The position numbers were made by a program, and so were the translations under genes. DNA of 63,575 nucleotides, the filler included, from Globobulimina sp. (Eukaryota): the NCBI GenBank assembly GCA_003354225.1. It is 19 parts of 19 records of this genome, joined end to end, with 100 filler letters (N's around TTAATTAATTAA, not from the genome) between each part and the next. Parts side by side here need not be neighbours in the genome. Positions count along the whole stretch, not along the records: positions 1 to 3,254 come from PIVH01003291.1; positions 3,355 to 6,608 come from PIVH01003292.1; positions 6,709 to 9,961 come from PIVH01003293.1; 16 more parts are not named here. The stretch is one strand, 5' to 3'. The stretch's first letter is position 1. The number at the start of each line of letters is the position of its first letter. Of the stretch, positions 1-9,637 are shown in pieces. Below the pieces are notes generated by a model. It did no database searches. It saw nothing but the letters and a program-made list of their open reading frames with translations, and was not told the DNA's origin.

Positions 1-148
1 TTCTGTTGTGTTGCGTTATTTTATATAAGTTTCAAAGATGGGCCCTGGAAAAATTTTTATACGGATGCCCCAAAGGACAATTCAATCATAAATCCAATCA
101 CAAAAGAACCACTTGGTGCTTATCAGGATTTGGTATGGTTTTTCTGAT

Positions 149-322
149 TCATACAAAAGTATGAGAAACTATACCTGCTAAAACGGTAAAAAAAGTAAGA
201 TAATTCGGGACTTTTTGATAACGAAAATCTATAATGGAAGCGATAATTAAAATAACAATCAGCAATAGTAGGCTGATGTTATTTATCGAGTATCCGCTAT
301 GTTCAAATAAAAAATCATCCAT
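149..322 (-). pseudogene. Truncated A24 prepilin peptidase (TadV/CpaA-like), N-terminal 57 aa only
   Basis: Manual translation MDDFLFEHSGYSINNISLLLLIVILIIASIIDFRYQKVPNYLTFFTVLAGIVSHTFV* has the A24 D-x5-(I/V)PN motif. It lies just downstream of a Flp pilin. No GxGD second-Asp motif follows in any frame down to base 1. Confidence 0.65.
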
Positions 323-394
323 AGCTAACCAATCAGATAATTGAAAATTATAATATAGATTACGATATCGTCATTAAATAAATTTTTTATTCAA

Positions 395-429
395 CTAAAG
401 CCGTTTCAGTAATATTAAAACGGCTTTAG
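395..429. terminator. Stem-loop between flp and the prepilin peptidase (terminator or REP-like hairpin)
   Basis: CTAAAGCCGTTT (395-406) pairs perfectly with AAACGGCTTTAG (418-429). Confidence 0.5.
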
Positions 430-466
430 CCTAATACGATTTTATTGATCAGGAGTATGTGATTTT

Positions 467-534
467 AGCAGTTACATCAGAGTAGTTACATCAGAGCAGT
501 TACATCAGGGCAGTTACATCGGAACGGTTACATC
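467..534. repeat. Five-copy 14-bp tandem repeat, consensus AGCAGTTACATCAG
   Basis: Copies start at 467, 481, 495, 509 and 523 (last partial). The GTTACATC core is invariant. The array abuts the flp stop codon. Confidence 0.9.
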
Positions 535-699
535 TTAGTTTAACATTGCGCCATTGACAACTTCGAAAGCATTATCAGTTTTAGTACCAACAACATTGAC
601 GACAGCAATAATGACTGCAGCAATAGCAGCTACCATAATACCATATTCTACAGCAGTTGCACCTTCTTCATCCTTTAAAAAATTAATAAGCATTTTCAT
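535..699 (-). CDS. flp: Flp/Fap type IVb (Tad) pilin, 54 aa
   Basis: Below the ORF-track cutoff. Translates to MKMLINFLKDEEG|ATAVEYGIMVAAIAAVIIAVVNVVGTKTDNAFEVVNGAMLN, with the Flp motif G|ATAxEY and a hydrophobic helix. AGGAG RBS at 706-710. Confidence 0.95.
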   Translation of the reverse strand: MKMLINFLKDEEGATAVEYGIMVAAIAAVIIAVVNVVGTKTDNAFEVVNGAMLN

Positions 700-759
700 T
701 TTCATCTCCTTGCTTTAAGTTAAAGAATTTTAAAAAAACTCCGGTTGATAAAAATTTAT

Positions 760-775
760 TGCAATCTACGTGCCA
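760..775 (-). promoter_or_regulatory. Sigma54 (RpoN) -24/-12 promoter of flp
   Basis: Minus strand reads TGGCACGTAGATTGCA, an exact match to TGGCAC-N5-TTGCA, about 60 bp upstream of the flp start. Confidence 0.85.
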
Positions 776-1190
776 CGATGTGGCATGTGGATTGATGGGA
801 ACATATAAAGGACATCGTCTGTTAAATTGTTGTGTCATCATATTCGAATTCAGTATTGAACATTAAGTAAATTTTTTTTAAGAGATTATTTTAAATGCTT
901 AAAAGAAAAATCTGTAAAGTCGCGTAAAAATTAGAATATTTTCTGAGCGCCGGGTTTCTTTATGCGTGTATATTATTCATATATAGTCAATACCGTTCAA
1001 AAAGGCAAGTGTTTCATATGGTATAAATAAATTGTGATTTTTTCATATGGATGTGAAGTTACTAAAATAAGGTAAAAAACTTGAAAAAAGGAAATAAATG
1101 TAATGAGGTTATGTAAAATTTTTCACAATATGGGTAGTTATTTTCTTAATATTTTCGCAACATCGAGGATAAACATGATTGAGAGTGATC

Positions 1191-2735
1191 TCATTTTTTT
1201 GAGAAAAGATATGCATTGTCTGTTTCTTTGGCAACAATCCACTCTTTATCTACTTTTGTTAAGAATCTTGAGATTATCTTATCTTTACTGACAATGATAT
1301 GCTTGATAGCATAAGTGGTTAATAATTTTTCCCAACCTTCGTTAAGCTTTAGAATGGTAGAATATTGGTCACTGATTTCCCTTTTATATACGTCCATCCG
1401 TCCGTCAATAAACACCGGTCTATCCGGAATCGACCATATAAGAAATCCTCCCCAGGCATATTGATTAAAGATATTTCCTTTAATATTATTTGATTTAATG
1501 TGTTCTACTATTTTTACAGGATAACGCGAAGTATCCAGACCCATATTAAATTTCTCACCAACCAAACTACCCAATAAAATAAAACTAATTCCTGTGATAA
1601 TAAGGGTTGTGTGATATTTTAATTGTTTTTCCATTGAATACAGCGAACTAGAGCGGGAACTAAAATATTCAGATATTTTTTTTAACAATAACCTGATATC
1701 ACCCTTTGTAATATCATGGATACGATTGAAACTGGAAATTATGATAGTCTGCCATAATGGTGCGACAATTGGAATTGTGATCAAAGTGAATATTGAAACA
1801 TGCCTTTTAGCTGAAAATGCAAAAAAAAGGAATACAAGGATTAAACCGATTTCATAAAGAAACATTTTTTTCTTTTGAAATATAAATCCGATTAGAACAA
1901 GAAAAACCACAACAAAAAATTCGAAATTTCCTCGGAATACCGGTGGTTTCCATTCAATAATCATTTGTGCATCCATTTGATTACCCAGATACATCAAAGG
2001 ATAAAATACTCCTTCATAAGTGTTGGGGTTAATAAAACATGCTGCAAAAGCTAATATAAAATAGAGAATAAGCCTTTTACATTCAGAATATGAAAGAGAA
2101 TTTTTTTTATCATATTGGGAAAAAGTATTGATATATTCAGCTGCAATGCAAATACCGAAAAAAATAAATCCAATGATAAATCCGCCATGCAGATTGATCC
2201 AGAGCAGGAAAACTATAGGTAAAAGTCTTAATATTTTATAATTGTCATAATGTCTGTACTCGACATATATATGAAAAAGTATAACCAAAAATAGATTAGT
2301 AAATATATGGGGACGAACTGTCCAAGCACCAGCGTTACCAAACATCAAAACAAAAGTAAAAATAAGGCATGCTAATATGTTTATATTTTTGCGAAGCATC
2401 AAGTTAAATACAAGGCCAAATATCAAAGCAAAAATAAGCGATTTAAATAAAATCAACCCGGGAATCCCCATCCATTTGAAAATGAATGCAAAGATAACTT
2501 CACTGCCCCATTCATGAAGAATCCATGGTTTGCCCAAAGCAGTATACGAAAATATATCCTGGGTTGGGAATATCCCGTTTAAAAGGAGATCGCCTGTCCT
2601 GAGGTGCCACCAGATATCATAGCTTCTGATCAACGGTAATGAAAGAGACATTGTCACAAAAACAGTTATTACAATCAGATCAAAAACCGATGGAACAAAT
2701 AGCATTTGTATCAATGGCAGCTTTTTGTTTGTCAT
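1191..2735 (-). CDS. Polytopic membrane protein, probable GT-C-fold glycosyltransferase (DxWWHLxxG family)
   Basis: About 12 TM segments. Motifs YDIWWHLRTG, D.FSYT, HEW, RPH, WINLHGGF, INP and a C-terminal FIDGRMDVY domain. Likely start MTNKK at 2735 with GGAG upstream; the ORF track starts at 2801. Confidence 0.7.
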   Translation of the reverse strand: MTNKKLPLIQMLFVPSVFDLIVITVFVTMSLSLPLIRSYDIWWHLRTGDLLLNGIFPTQDIFSYTALGKPWILHEWGSEVIFAFIFKWMGIPGLILFKSLIFALIFGLVFNLMLRKNINILACLIFTFVLMFGNAGAWTVRPHIFTNLFLVILFHIYVEYRHYDNYKILRLLPIVFLLWINLHGGFIIGFIFFGICIAAEYINTFSQYDKKNSLSYSECKRLILYFILAFAACFINPNTYEGVFYPLMYLGNQMDAQMIIEWKPPVFRGNFEFFVVVFLVLIGFIFQKKKMFLYEIGLILVFLFFAFSAKRHVSIFTLITIPIVAPLWQTIIISSFNRIHDITKGDIRLLLKKISEYFSSRSSSLYSMEKQLKYHTTLIITGISFILLGSLVGEKFNMGLDTSRYPVKIVEHIKSNNIKGNIFNQYAWGGFLIWSIPDRPVFIDGRMDVYKREISDQYSTILKLNEGWEKLLTTYAIKHIIVSKDKIISRFLTKVDKEWIVAKETDNAYLFSKK

Positions 2736-2946
2736 TGGATTTTTTCTCCAAGATGGTAAACGTGAATCAAACATCGACTCTGAAAATGTAGCATTTATCA
2801 ATCAATCTATCAAAGATTGTTATTACCATCAAGGTTAATAAGATAGTGAAAATAATTCTTACGATACATTACGATATTGACAGATAAATTAAAAGCCAGT
2901 AAATTGAAAGGTATACAAATTTTTCGTAGAGGGGAGAACCAATCAT

Positions 2947-3254
2947 ATGGCCGACCCAAAGATAGAAATTTCGATCATCTGCCCATTTCATAATGAAGAA
3001 AATAATGTAAGCCTTTTCATGGAACAAATATTTCGTGTTCTTAGCGAGGTTAAAAGATCATTTGAAATCGTCTGCGTCAATGATGGCAGTACCGATGCCA
3101 CCCTTGAGAATCTGATCAATGAAAAAAAACAGAGAATGAATATAAAAATTATAAATCTTTCCAGAAATTTTGGGAAGGAAGCAGCCTTGACTGCTGGAAT
3201 TGATCACTCAAGCGGGCAGGCAATTGTTCCCATTGATGCAGATCTTCAAGATCC
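2947..3254 (+). CDS. GT2 polyprenyl-phosphate glycosyltransferase (GtrB/YfdH-like), 3'-truncated by contig end
   Basis: ISIICPFHNEE, VNDGSTD, LSRNFGKEAALTAG, IDADLQD; GGGGAG RBS. Confidence 0.9.
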
Positions 3255-3354
3255 NNNNNNNNNNNNNNNNNNNNNNNNNNNNNNNNNNNNNNNNNNNNTT
3301 AATTAATTAANNNNNNNNNNNNNNNNNNNNNNNNNNNNNNNNNNNNNNNNNNNN
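3255..3354. other. Artificial contig-joining spacer N44-TTAATTAATTAA-N44 (first of 18)
   Basis: Identical 100-bp spacers also start at 6609, 9962, 13315, 16668, 20021, 23373, 26725, 30076, 33427, 36778, 40128, 43478, 46828, 50178, 53528, 56878 and 60227. Contig lengths fall monotonically from 3254 to 3249. Confidence 0.99.
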
Positions 3355-3959
3355 ATTTATGTCATTGGTAATCAGCTTCGAGTGAATATTTTCCATAATG
3401 AGTGTTGGCGGATCTTTCAATGATAAAGATGTCAATTTGTGATGTAAAATGAGCATAATTAATGGCATAATTAGGGATAACAATGCACAAAGAATTATTA
3501 TTTTGATAACCATAGCGCCAAAGCGAGGATGTTGCTTGCGGTTAACACGGTTTTCATGCATCACGGTTTTTTTATACTAGCTCTTTGCAGTCACAACTAT
3601 TGACCCAATTTCATTCACAACAAACACTGCTGTCACTGCAGTCACAACTATTGATCTAATTTTCATTGTGGTGGTCGGACTTCAACTTTCAACTTTTGGA
3701 GTTAACAACTATGATTAATATGCTCAAAAATAACAAAATCGATGAGCCAGGAGTGGTAATTTAGCAGATTTCCTCTTTTTTTATGTTTTTTTGATCCACA
3801 CAAAAGACTGACGGGAAGCATTACATGTTTTGTTAAAAATTAAATAATAAAGAATCATGCAACAATTAAACAGTAAGTTATGTATTGGTAATCATTGCAT
3901 TTTACCATGCGTTCTCCTCACAGAAACATCAATCTTTCAAAGAAGACATAGTGATCAAT

Positions 3960-4889
3960 ATGAGTGAATATTGGAGTGATAAAAATTTATTAATTCAACC
4001 ATTCAAAAAATGCAAACAAATTTATGTGGTTTGCAAATTGAAGAATGTGAAGAATATTAAAGATGTAAAGTGTAATATGGACAAAGCTAAAAAGAGTGTA
4101 ACTATTTCCATTGCAAATGGTGGGTATAAAGAATGTGTGATTGATTTGCATAAATATGACATAATAGCATCATCTATGAATGTGTCTTGGTATAAACATA
4201 AAAATGAGTTAAAGTTAACATTTAATATTAGGCCATTTACGAAAAAAGAAATTGATGCAATAAAAGCAAAATATTTAAACGTTTATAATAAAAAAGAAAA
4301 GGAAATAATTATTCCGAAACGGAGTAGTTTGGATGATGGGAATGAAGCGTTTTTAATCAAAGAAGTGGCAACAAAACGGATTGGAAGCAATGATTGCGAT
4401 GATGACAAAAAAGAAAAGGAGAAGGATGCTGTGCCTCTATGTCATCATAAGTTGGCAATGCAATGTATTGAAAATGATGGGAAATCTTTTTGGGTTTGTT
4501 GTAAAACGCAAATTGAAAAATGTACAGCTTTTAAATGGAATAAAATGAGTAAGAGATTGAATCGAGATTTTGAGATTGAGAAAAGAGAGAAATTTGATAA
4601 GATTGTATTGTTGGTGCGGGTCAGAAATATTATTCAATCATCTGTTGATGTAAGATTTGGTAAAAATGGAGAAATTGAAATTGAATTTGAAACGCATGAA
4701 TATAAATATTGTAAAACGATAGAGATTAAGAATAATATTGATGTGAGTCAATCGAAATTTGATGTGAATTGCAGGAATTTGCTGGTTATGGCTGTTAAAG
4801 TGAAGGAGAAAGGGAATGAGCAAGATAATGATGGTGGTGTTTGTGTTGATGATATTTTGAATGATTCTGTATTGTTTGCAATCGATTGA
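3960..4889 (+). CDS. CS (p23/HSP20-like) domain protein with central zf-GRF-like finger; C-terminus resembles DNAAF2/Kintoun
   Basis: Two beta-rich CS-like repeats flank PLCHH...GKSFWVCC...CTAFKW; ends in LNDSVLFAID. First ATG used (MSEYW). Confidence 0.45.
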   Translation: MSEYWSDKNLLIQPFKKCKQIYVVCKLKNVKNIKDVKCNMDKAKKSVTISIANGGYKECVIDLHKYDIIASSMNVSWYKHKNELKLTFNIRPFTKKEIDAIKAKYLNVYNKKEKEIIIPKRSSLDDGNEAFLIKEVATKRIGSNDCDDDKKEKEKDAVPLCHHKLAMQCIENDGKSFWVCCKTQIEKCTAFKWNKMSKRLNRDFEIEKREKFDKIVLLVRVRNIIQSSVDVRFGKNGEIEIEFETHEYKYCKTIEIKNNIDVSQSKFDVNCRNLLVMAVKVKEKGNEQDNDGGVCVDDILNDSVLFAID

Positions 4890-5071
4890 CTTAATTAACT
4901 ACGAGAAGCTAACCCAAAAACCTTGCCAATCACAAAAGAAGTGTTTAGAAGTTTAAGCCTAAAAAGTCAATTGTGCTCTGTACTTAGGCTTTTATATATA
5001 ATTAAAACGATGGACACCATGCACAATGAATGCGGCCGTTCGTGTTGATCGTATGCAAGGATATGATATAA

Positions 5072-5244
5072 GATTTTCTGAAAAGGAAGGATCTAAGGAA
5101 GGATCTGGTATATGTCAGATATCTGGATATATAGTAGTGATACATCTGGATATAGCTGAGATACATCTGGATATATCTTGGCTACATACAAGAAGGATAT
5201 AGGAAGGATATGGGAAGGATATGATCCTTCCTTTTCAGAAAATC
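5072..5244. mobile_element. MITE-like element with perfect 22-bp terminal inverted repeats
   Basis: GATTTTCTGAAAAGGAAGGATC (5072-5093) and its reverse complement (5223-5244). Internal ATCTGGATATA and GGAAGGAT repeats. TGATATAA at 5064-5071 and 5248-5255 is a possible 8-bp TSD. Confidence 0.65.
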
Positions 5245-5317
5245 CTTTGATATAAGATGTATGTATATAGAAATAATAAAATTAATTAAAGTATATTTTA
5301 AAACATATTAACAAAAG

Positions 5318-6377
5318 TTAAACTACATTTTGATCGTCCATAGCATCAACATGATGACATTGAGTGATAACTTTTTTACTTTTTGTTTTGTTATAAATAA
5401 ATTTAAATGCAATGCTCGACGCAATACCACATAAATAACCAATTAATAAATAAGCCAATAAAATAATCCCAACACCCATTTCTAAGGCCAATACATTAAA
5501 ATGATTATCGTAGCCACCATCTAAAAAACCTGAATCTAATTTACCTTTAGTTTATATTTTTGTGTTGTCAGCATTTTTTGTGTTTTGTTTATATATATGG
5601 TTTATGTATAATTATATGAATACCGTTTGTATGGTAATTGTCAGATGGAAAATCGCCAAAATCATCATAACTATAAACAGTGTCACCATAATCACCATAC
5701 ATTGTCATTTTTGCTTTGCCATATTTTTTTTTTGGTTTAAATGGATCATAACCAGGTGCGTTCTGTTCCTGTTCTTTTTCCTTTTGTTGTTTGGATTTAT
5801 TCTTTTTTTCCTTTGGTTGTTTGGGTTTATTCTTTTTTTCCTTTTTTTTTACGACAACTGGGTCAATTCCTTCTGCTTCTGCTTTTGCCCGCATATCATC
5901 GCGACAATGTGCTTTCATCTGAGCCTTTATTTTGTCCGACCAATACGTGTCATCCTGGCCCTTCTGAATCATCCATTTTCTGGGTGTATCCCACTTAATA
6001 ATTGCCATCCCGTAATTATCCGTTCTTGCAATACCATGGCGGTCTTTCTCTACACGACCACAAATTTCTTGATGATGTGCAGTATCACAACGACGATAAA
6101 GGTGATAGTGGGGAGTATAATGCGTATATACACAATCAGGGTTCGCTTCACCCGGAGAACCACCATTTCCATGGACATGCAATTCATATTTGAATGTACC
6201 ATCATTTTTTTTGCCAACACTCCATGCGAAATAATTTGACTTTCCGCTTGCGGATAATTTAAATCCTTCCCATTTTTGAGTTTTCCAAAGATCGATCGCT
6301 TCGTTCACTGGGACAATCCCGCCGGGAGCTGGCAATGTGTAGAAAAATAACAATTCACCTTGAAGAAAGTAAAACAT
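5318..6377 (-). CDS. Type I membrane protein (His-cluster domain, Lys-rich linker, Tyr/Asp-rich region, C-terminal TM); 2 exons, 5' end uncertain
   Basis: ORF 5589-6377 spliced through a GT-AG intron at 5623-5545 to an exon encoding GKLDSG...MGVGIILLAYLLIGYLCGIASSIAFKFIY...QNVV*. Confidence 0.55.
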
Positions 6378-6866
6378 TTATTGGCGTTACGATTGGCTCG
6401 CACTTTGAGGGGGTTATCAGTTAAGTTGCACTCATCCCACACTTTACAAGTCACGGTTACATTTTCAATTAATGTACGTGGCAGTTTTTAGTTTTATAAA
6501 TATTTTAAAATACCCTGCGTAATATTTGTAGTTTCAAATGTATTGTCCATCAACATTGCCATCATATATCCTCTATGAAATGCATTATTTTTGTCAAATG
6601 ATATCCTCNNNNNNNNNNNNNNNNNNNNNNNNNNNNNNNNNNNNNNNNNNNNTTAATTAATTAANNNNNNNNNNNNNNNNNNNNNNNNNNNNNNNNNNNN
6701 NNNNNNNNCCGTAAAGGGACCGATAGTATAGTTAATTGAAAGCGCTGATTTATTTCGTCTGCTTTGATTTTTTAAATTTAGTTTTGTAAGACTCCTAATG
6801 TTGGTAAAGCTAAACATTATTAATTTATCACTAAACATCCAGCCTATGGTGACAAACAATACTCAC

Positions 6867-6988
6867 GTGAAGACGACGAAGGTGATGATGGTGAGCGTCA
6901 GACCGATGATAGATACAACGATGCCCACTCTCGAGATGAGGCTGAGCACTAGCGCGTGCCTATGTGGGATAATCCTTCTGCTGACGTC
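6867..6988 (-). CDS. Isolated exon of an adhesion-GPCR-like gene (post-GPS segment plus TM1)
   Basis: tgtag|DVSRRIIPHRHALVLSLISRVGIVVSIIGLTLTIITFVVF+AC|gtgagt. Phase-0 start and phase-2 end. Resembles adhesion GPCR TM1 (H..LS.I..VG..vSi.gL.lTiit). Confidence 0.65.
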
Positions 6989-7266
6989 CTACATGCAGCG
7001 GGGAAACAAATGTTAAAGGGGTATTTGCGGCAGCTGCAAAGTCTGCACTACGTTTTTCACACATTGTCTTCCATTGAGATTTGCGTCGTTTCGTAACACA
7101 CAACAATTGATGACGTCAGAGATTATAGTGACCCTTCCAGTTGACCTCGATCAAGGTGACAGAATAGAGCACTGCCTCATTTATTGATGCCAACCGAAGT
7201 CCCACATCGGCTTCAATCAAGAAACACTAACAGGCAAATGGAAGCAGTAATTCAATATTCCAGTTC

Positions 7267-8190
7267 TCAGCAACATGTAACAACGTACCATGAGTATGGC
7301 AAAGTTGGTGAGGGTGTGGTTCGCATTTGGGTATCACATAAAAACTCAATTTCATAAGCAAAAGGAACCCCGGACCACTGAGTCAATGTTTGTACTGACA
7401 AATAGAGTATGAGTGGCTCATTGCGACCGCACTGTGTGTCTGTAAATTGAAAGTAAACGCCATGGCTTTTATCGTTGTTGGTATTACAGTATTTACTGCC
7501 CGTTTTAACATCGCCATACACAGAAAGTCCAGTAGCGTGGAGACCATCTGATCCATTAAAAACATCATATACATTAATTGCAATATCCATATTATTGACA
7601 TATGGTACTTGTTGGGGACAGGCATCGAAAGCATAGGTCGAACCACACGAGGCGTTAAAATCAATACCTTCTACTTTATACATTACCCATTCATGACTTT
7701 GAATGGATCCACTCATCACATCGCCGCATGTGAATGTATCTGTGATTGCAAGGTTTGTCGGAGATGGCGTAGGATTGGATGTGAGTGCAGTCACGTTACA
7801 GTCTTTTGTGATTTTATAACTGCCGCCTTGATGCGTCCATGCTTTTATTTGTAAGATGTATGAACCATTGTAATTGTTAGAATTTGTATATTGTAAATAT
7901 GTGCCAGCATGGTCATGGTCGCCGCATCTTGGCCGCGAAGCATAGGCAGTGCTGGATGCTACAGAAGAATTGAAAAATGAATTCCATTCGTATAATGCTA
8001 AAGAAAATTCAAAGGAATTAAAATTTGGTATTGTGCTTACATCAAAATAAATCCCTTCGTCATAATCAGATACGAATCCTTGTGCGTATGAGTTGCATAT
8101 CGCTAAGTCTGTTAATGATGACAATGCAGGTTGTGTCTGTCCAGAATTCAAGGATAAGAATGTAACGCCTATTAAAAATAGGAAAAACAT
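7267..8190 (-). CDS. Secreted or surface Cys-containing protein with PTxxPT linkers (probably the first exon of a longer gene)
   Basis: N-terminal signal peptide, two similar approx. 120-aa modules, PTPSPT motifs, GT donor after PYSW. Confidence 0.6.
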   Translation of the reverse strand: MFFLFLIGVTFLSLNSGQTQPALSSLTDLAICNSYAQGFVSDYDEGIYFDVSTIPNFNSFEFSLALYEWNSFFNSSVASSTAYASRPRCGDHDHAGTYLQYTNSNNYNGSYILQIKAWTHQGGSYKITKDCNVTALTSNPTPSPTNLAITDTFTCGDVMSGSIQSHEWVMYKVEGIDFNASCGSTYAFDACPQQVPYVNNMDIAINVYDVFNGSDGLHATGLSVYGDVKTGSKYCNTNNDKSHGVYFQFTDTQCGRNEPLILYLSVQTLTQWSGVPFAYEIEFLCDTQMRTTPSPTLPYSWYVVTCC

Positions 8191-8509
8191 TTTTTAGAAA
8201 AAAGTAAAATGTAAAGACAACGTTGACATGCCCAAATCTCAAGTGATCCAAACGATGCTACCAAACAAATTAACAAAAGTCACAATAAAATCAGCATTAA
8301 TTGTTTGCAGCAAAAACAAGAAAAAGTTCAAACAAAGTACGGGATTTATTGCGGTTAATGCAATATTATGATTTGAATCAAGTAACTCACTCACAAACAA
8401 TCTCGATATCTGATTATGAAAACTTATAATTCCACATTTTATAACTTTATAATTCATAATTCTAAAAATACACTATATTTATTTTCAAAGACTCGCAAAC
8501 AAAAAAAAA

Positions 8510-9637
8510 ATGTCAATATTCCCAAATATTTGTTGTTTGATATTATTAATCACTGTCTATGGAATTAATGGGTCTTTGGTGCGAATTGCAGGATACACAA
8601 ACATTGAACCAATGGAATTGAGTGGTTACGGCGACGTATTCACAGCAATAAAAGAAGAAACTGCTAATGCAAAAAAAAGAAAAGTTGTACTCAAACGATT
8701 GGTGGATACTCCTCCGCATGAACCAATAGAGACTGATCTGAGATTAAACATTAATGAGGCAAAGATTCAACTGCTTGCCAATAAACTCGATCCGGCGCAC
8801 AGTGCAATATTACAAAAACTGCCGTTTGTTGATAATGCAAAGACTTATTTGGAATCAGAATATGTTGGCAGGCCTTTACAAGAAGAAATGTCAGAAGTGC
8901 ATGAAACGTCGGATTTCGCAGTTTATTCATTACTCAGTCAAATGGCTCCACTGATAATTAAGTTAAACGAACATGGAGTGCTGAACCCAAATATCACAGC
9001 AAATAACATCGTTGTAAATATCAAAGATTTACAGTTCAAACAAATTGATTATGGTTCAGCGTTTTTTCTGAAGACAGTTAAAAACGATAAAATCATAGAA
9101 AAGTTAGTAAAGAAACCGTTTGGATATTTCACATCATTGGATTTCTGGCTGATTGGTATTCGGAATGATTTGGAAGCGTCAAAGACAAGATTTTCGCCAT
9201 TTGTTGCAATGAGACGACGGAAATTGAAAAAAATGCAAAACAAAATAGTTGATCTCATCAAAACGAATCCGTGGGTCTATGATTTGCATGCTTTGGTATT
9301 GTGTGCATTCAAAATGGCTCTTGCTCCACAAATCATTAATGACAGCCCGTATGACATTGAATGGTATAAAACAAACGCTTTGAGAGTAGGACAAGAATTG
9401 CGTGTGTTCTTTGGTGAATATATGCCAAACAACATTGCATATTTACCGGTTTATGAACCAAATGAATCCTGGCATCAATTTGGACCAAATGAACCGGTGA
9501 ATGAGGATGAAAACTGGAATAAAAATGAACAAAATTTCTTAAAATTAATCGCAGCTTTTAACAAATTTGCTGACATTCCCGCATTTCGAGAAAAAGTTGA
9601 ATCGTTAAATACAATGGCAAACAGATTCTCAATATAA
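8510..9637 (+). CDS. Signal-peptide-bearing protein-kinase-fold protein (probable pseudokinase)
   Basis: Signal peptide; SGYGDVF, VVLK, NEAKI, HGVLNPNITANNIVV (catalytic Asp and Lys absent), IDYGSA. Confidence 0.7.
   Translation: MSIFPNICCLILLITVYGINGSLVRIAGYTNIEPMELSGYGDVFTAIKEETANAKKRKVVLKRLVDTPPHEPIETDLRLNINEAKIQLLANKLDPAHSAILQKLPFVDNAKTYLESEYVGRPLQEEMSEVHETSDFAVYSLLSQMAPLIIKLNEHGVLNPNITANNIVVNIKDLQFKQIDYGSAFFLKTVKNDKIIEKLVKKPFGYFTSLDFWLIGIRNDLEASKTRFSPFVAMRRRKLKKMQNKIVDLIKTNPWVYDLHALVLCAFKMALAPQIINDSPYDIEWYKTNALRVGQELRVFFGEYMPNNIAYLPVYEPNESWHQFGPNEPVNEDENWNKNEQNFLKLIAAFNKFADIPAFREKVESLNTMANRFSI

Noticed and set aside
467-534. CRISPR array
   Set aside because: Contiguous 14-bp units with no unique spacers and no cas genes.
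3585-3667. Direct repeat TGCAGTCACAACTATTGA x2
   Set aside because: Only two copies, with no TIR, TSD or associated gene; not interpretable.
5562-6239. Hydrophobic 225-aa plus-strand ORF
   Set aside because: Antisense shadow of the Lys-rich minus-strand gene.
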